Source: a virus. Taken from it: a DNA stretch of 64,000 bases. The stretch's first letter is position 1. The number at the start of each line of letters is the position of its first letter. The position numbers and the translations under genes were made by a program. Where the stretch lies: positions 12,396 to 76,395 of IMG/VR virus record IMGVR_UViG_3300047444_000198; one strand, given 5' to 3'. The notes beneath the pieces were generated by a model. It was not told the origin of the DNA and made no database searches. It saw only the letters and a list, made by a program, of their open reading frames with translations. This document shows positions 62,605 through 64,000 of the stretch, piece by piece.

Positions 62605-64000
62605 CAGCCAGCGACCACTACTCGATACCCGGCTCCAAGGTTCGGGTTGTAGCGGATCGTTGCTGTGTTGACAGAGGTGGCATCCCAATCCACCGAGACA
62701 GCAGTGAACGGAGTGGCACCATTCAGTACCGTCAACTGGATGTCCCTGGTGTTCAGGTTGTGGGTGACCACCTCAGGGCTGGACGTGCCAGCGAGCGCCG
62801 CCGCGAACTTGGTGGCGTACACGGTGGGCGTCACCCACTGCGTGTCGAAGTCCGTAGCCGACTTCTTGGCGAGCACCTGATTGATAGCACCACCTGCTAC
62901 CACCGCATCGAGCTTGACCCACGGTGACCAGAAGCTCGCCCGCTGGCCTCGATACCAGACGCCTTGACTGGTACCACCCGTTCCCTCGCTCTGCCAGATC
63001 TGTGAGCAGTAGGTACCGCCACCGTTAATGGGCTGCGTAACGATCAGCACACCCGAGCTACCGATCGACGTCGGAGGAGCGTTGGTGTTCGGGGTCGAGA
63101 TGTTGTAGATGCCGGTCTGCGTGAGCGTGTTGAAGTCCACGTTCCCCGGCTGGAGCGGAGGCCCGAGGACACTGTCCCATCCCACTGCATAGTTCGTGGC
63201 CGACGTCTTGACGAGCGCCTGGGTGATCGTGCCAGCAGTTGGCAGGATGACCGAAGGGTTGACGTGGATCTCGTCGGCGTTGACGACAATGGTTGAGTCA
63301 CCAGCGATAACGTTGAGGGTGGCATCAGCCGAGAGCGCACCACCACCGGTCAGACCAGCACCAGCGATGACTTGCCGAGAGGTCGGCACATAACTGGCGA
63401 GCGAGGCCACCGAGGCAATCACACTCGTGTTCACGTGTAGCTCATCAGCGTTGACGAGGAGACTGGTGTCCCCGGCGATGACGTTGAGCGTGTTGCCGCT
63501 CTGCGTCATACCGGCGCCAGCGGTTACCGTCCCACCGCCTGCGAACTGCGCCCAGAACATGTTGTCGGTGCCCAACACGAAGCCTGGGTTGTTGGTGCAG
63601 ACCCAGGCCGTGTCGGCGTAGAGCGTGCCTTCCTCCACGAACACCGCGGCACCTGGTATCTCAGTCGAGGAGTTGGCGTCCTGTGCTCGTGCCCACGCTC
63701 CCACCGCCGCTACGTAGATGCCGTTCTGAGCAGCGTTGACCCCAGTCCAACCCCGAGACAACACCCGATCACCAGCCGCCAACACCACCCCATCAAGCGT
63801 GCTCAACCCGGTCAGGGTGACAGGGGAGCCAGGAGCATCAGTAGCCCGCACCGCTTGCTTCCAAGACAGCCCCGCCACGGCGTTGTCCACGTAGCTCTTG
63901 TTGGTGGCGTCACCGACGCTGACCGGGGTAGCAACGTTGGTGATCAACTGGTTCTGCATGTTGAGTGCACCATTCACCGCCAGAGCGTTGAGATGGATAG
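62604..64000 (-). CDS. Tail fibre/minor tail protein (N-terminus probably outside the window)
   Basis: DATNKSYVD, LDGV.L..GDRVL, QNGIY, and DFNTLTQTGIY knob-like motifs. Confidence 0.75.
   Translation of the reverse strand, partial: IHLNALAVNGALNMQNQLITNVATPVSVGDATNKSYVDNAVAGLSWKQAVRATDAPGSPVTLTGLSTLDGVVLAAGDRVLSRGWTGVNAAQNGIYVAAVGAWARAQDANSSTEIPGAAVFVEEGTLYADTAWVCTNNPGFVLGTDNMFWAQFAGGGTVTAGAGMTQSGNTLNVIAGDTSLLVNADELHVNTSVIASVASLASYVPTSRQVIAGAGLTGGGALSADATLNVIAGDSTIVVNADEIHVNPSVILPTAGTITQALVKTSATNYAVGWDSVLGPPLQPGNVDFNTLTQTGIYNISTPNTNAPPTSIGSSGVLIVTQPINGGGTYCSQIWQSEGTGGTSQGVWYRGQRASFWSPWVKLDAVVAGGAINQVLAKKSATDFDTQWVTPTVYATKFAAALAGTSSPEVVTHNLNTRDIQLTVLNGATPFTAVSVDWDATSVNTATIRYNPNLGAGYRVVVAG

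Noticed and set aside
210-63621. Many long antisense or alternate-frame ORFs (e.g. 210-677, 9138-9989, 39790-40728, 40684-41640, 46591-47556, 51606-52511)
   Set aside because: Shadow ORFs of high-GC coding DNA overlapping better supported genes.
1-64000. Integrated prophage with host flanks
   Set aside because: No integrase, att pair or bacterial housekeeping genes; the whole window looks phage-like, and lifestyle cannot be determined from it.

Overview
A 64 kb segment of a large, high-GC tailed phage genome, very probably infecting Actinomycetota (two WhiB-like genes, Ku, LPxTG proteins, leaderless promoters). The left end holds a minus-strand head/packaging module: major capsid (partial), scaffold, portal, large terminase, then tRNA-Pro(GGG). 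About 9-22.5 kb carries small regulatory and hypothetical genes. 22.6-23.05 kb is a palindrome-dense non-coding island. 23-44 kb is an array of mostly minus-strand genes, many with their own copy of a conserved ~50 bp promoter unit (SNF2 helicase, DUF6011, LPxTG proteins, glycoside hydrolase, Ku, MoxR AAA + vWA, DUF3987). 47-57 kb is a cluster of small candidate effectors (GNAT, ADP-ribosyltransferase-like, ParB-like) with shared short peptide tags. The right end has a holin candidate, amidase endolysin and tail fibres. Most notable: (1) about 22 copies of the promoter unit; (2) two genome-wide motifs, an exact 13-mer CACTGACACTGAC (23 copies, mostly oriented with transcription) and an 11-bp palindrome GDTGASTCAHC; (3) a 55-nt alanine-tRNA/tmRNA-like mini RNA without D or anticodon arms; (4) effector-like proteins with an N-terminal KG[TS]Q[FL] tag and many clamp-binding-like QxxLF motifs. 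All protein calls are from motif recognition by eye; no database search was run.
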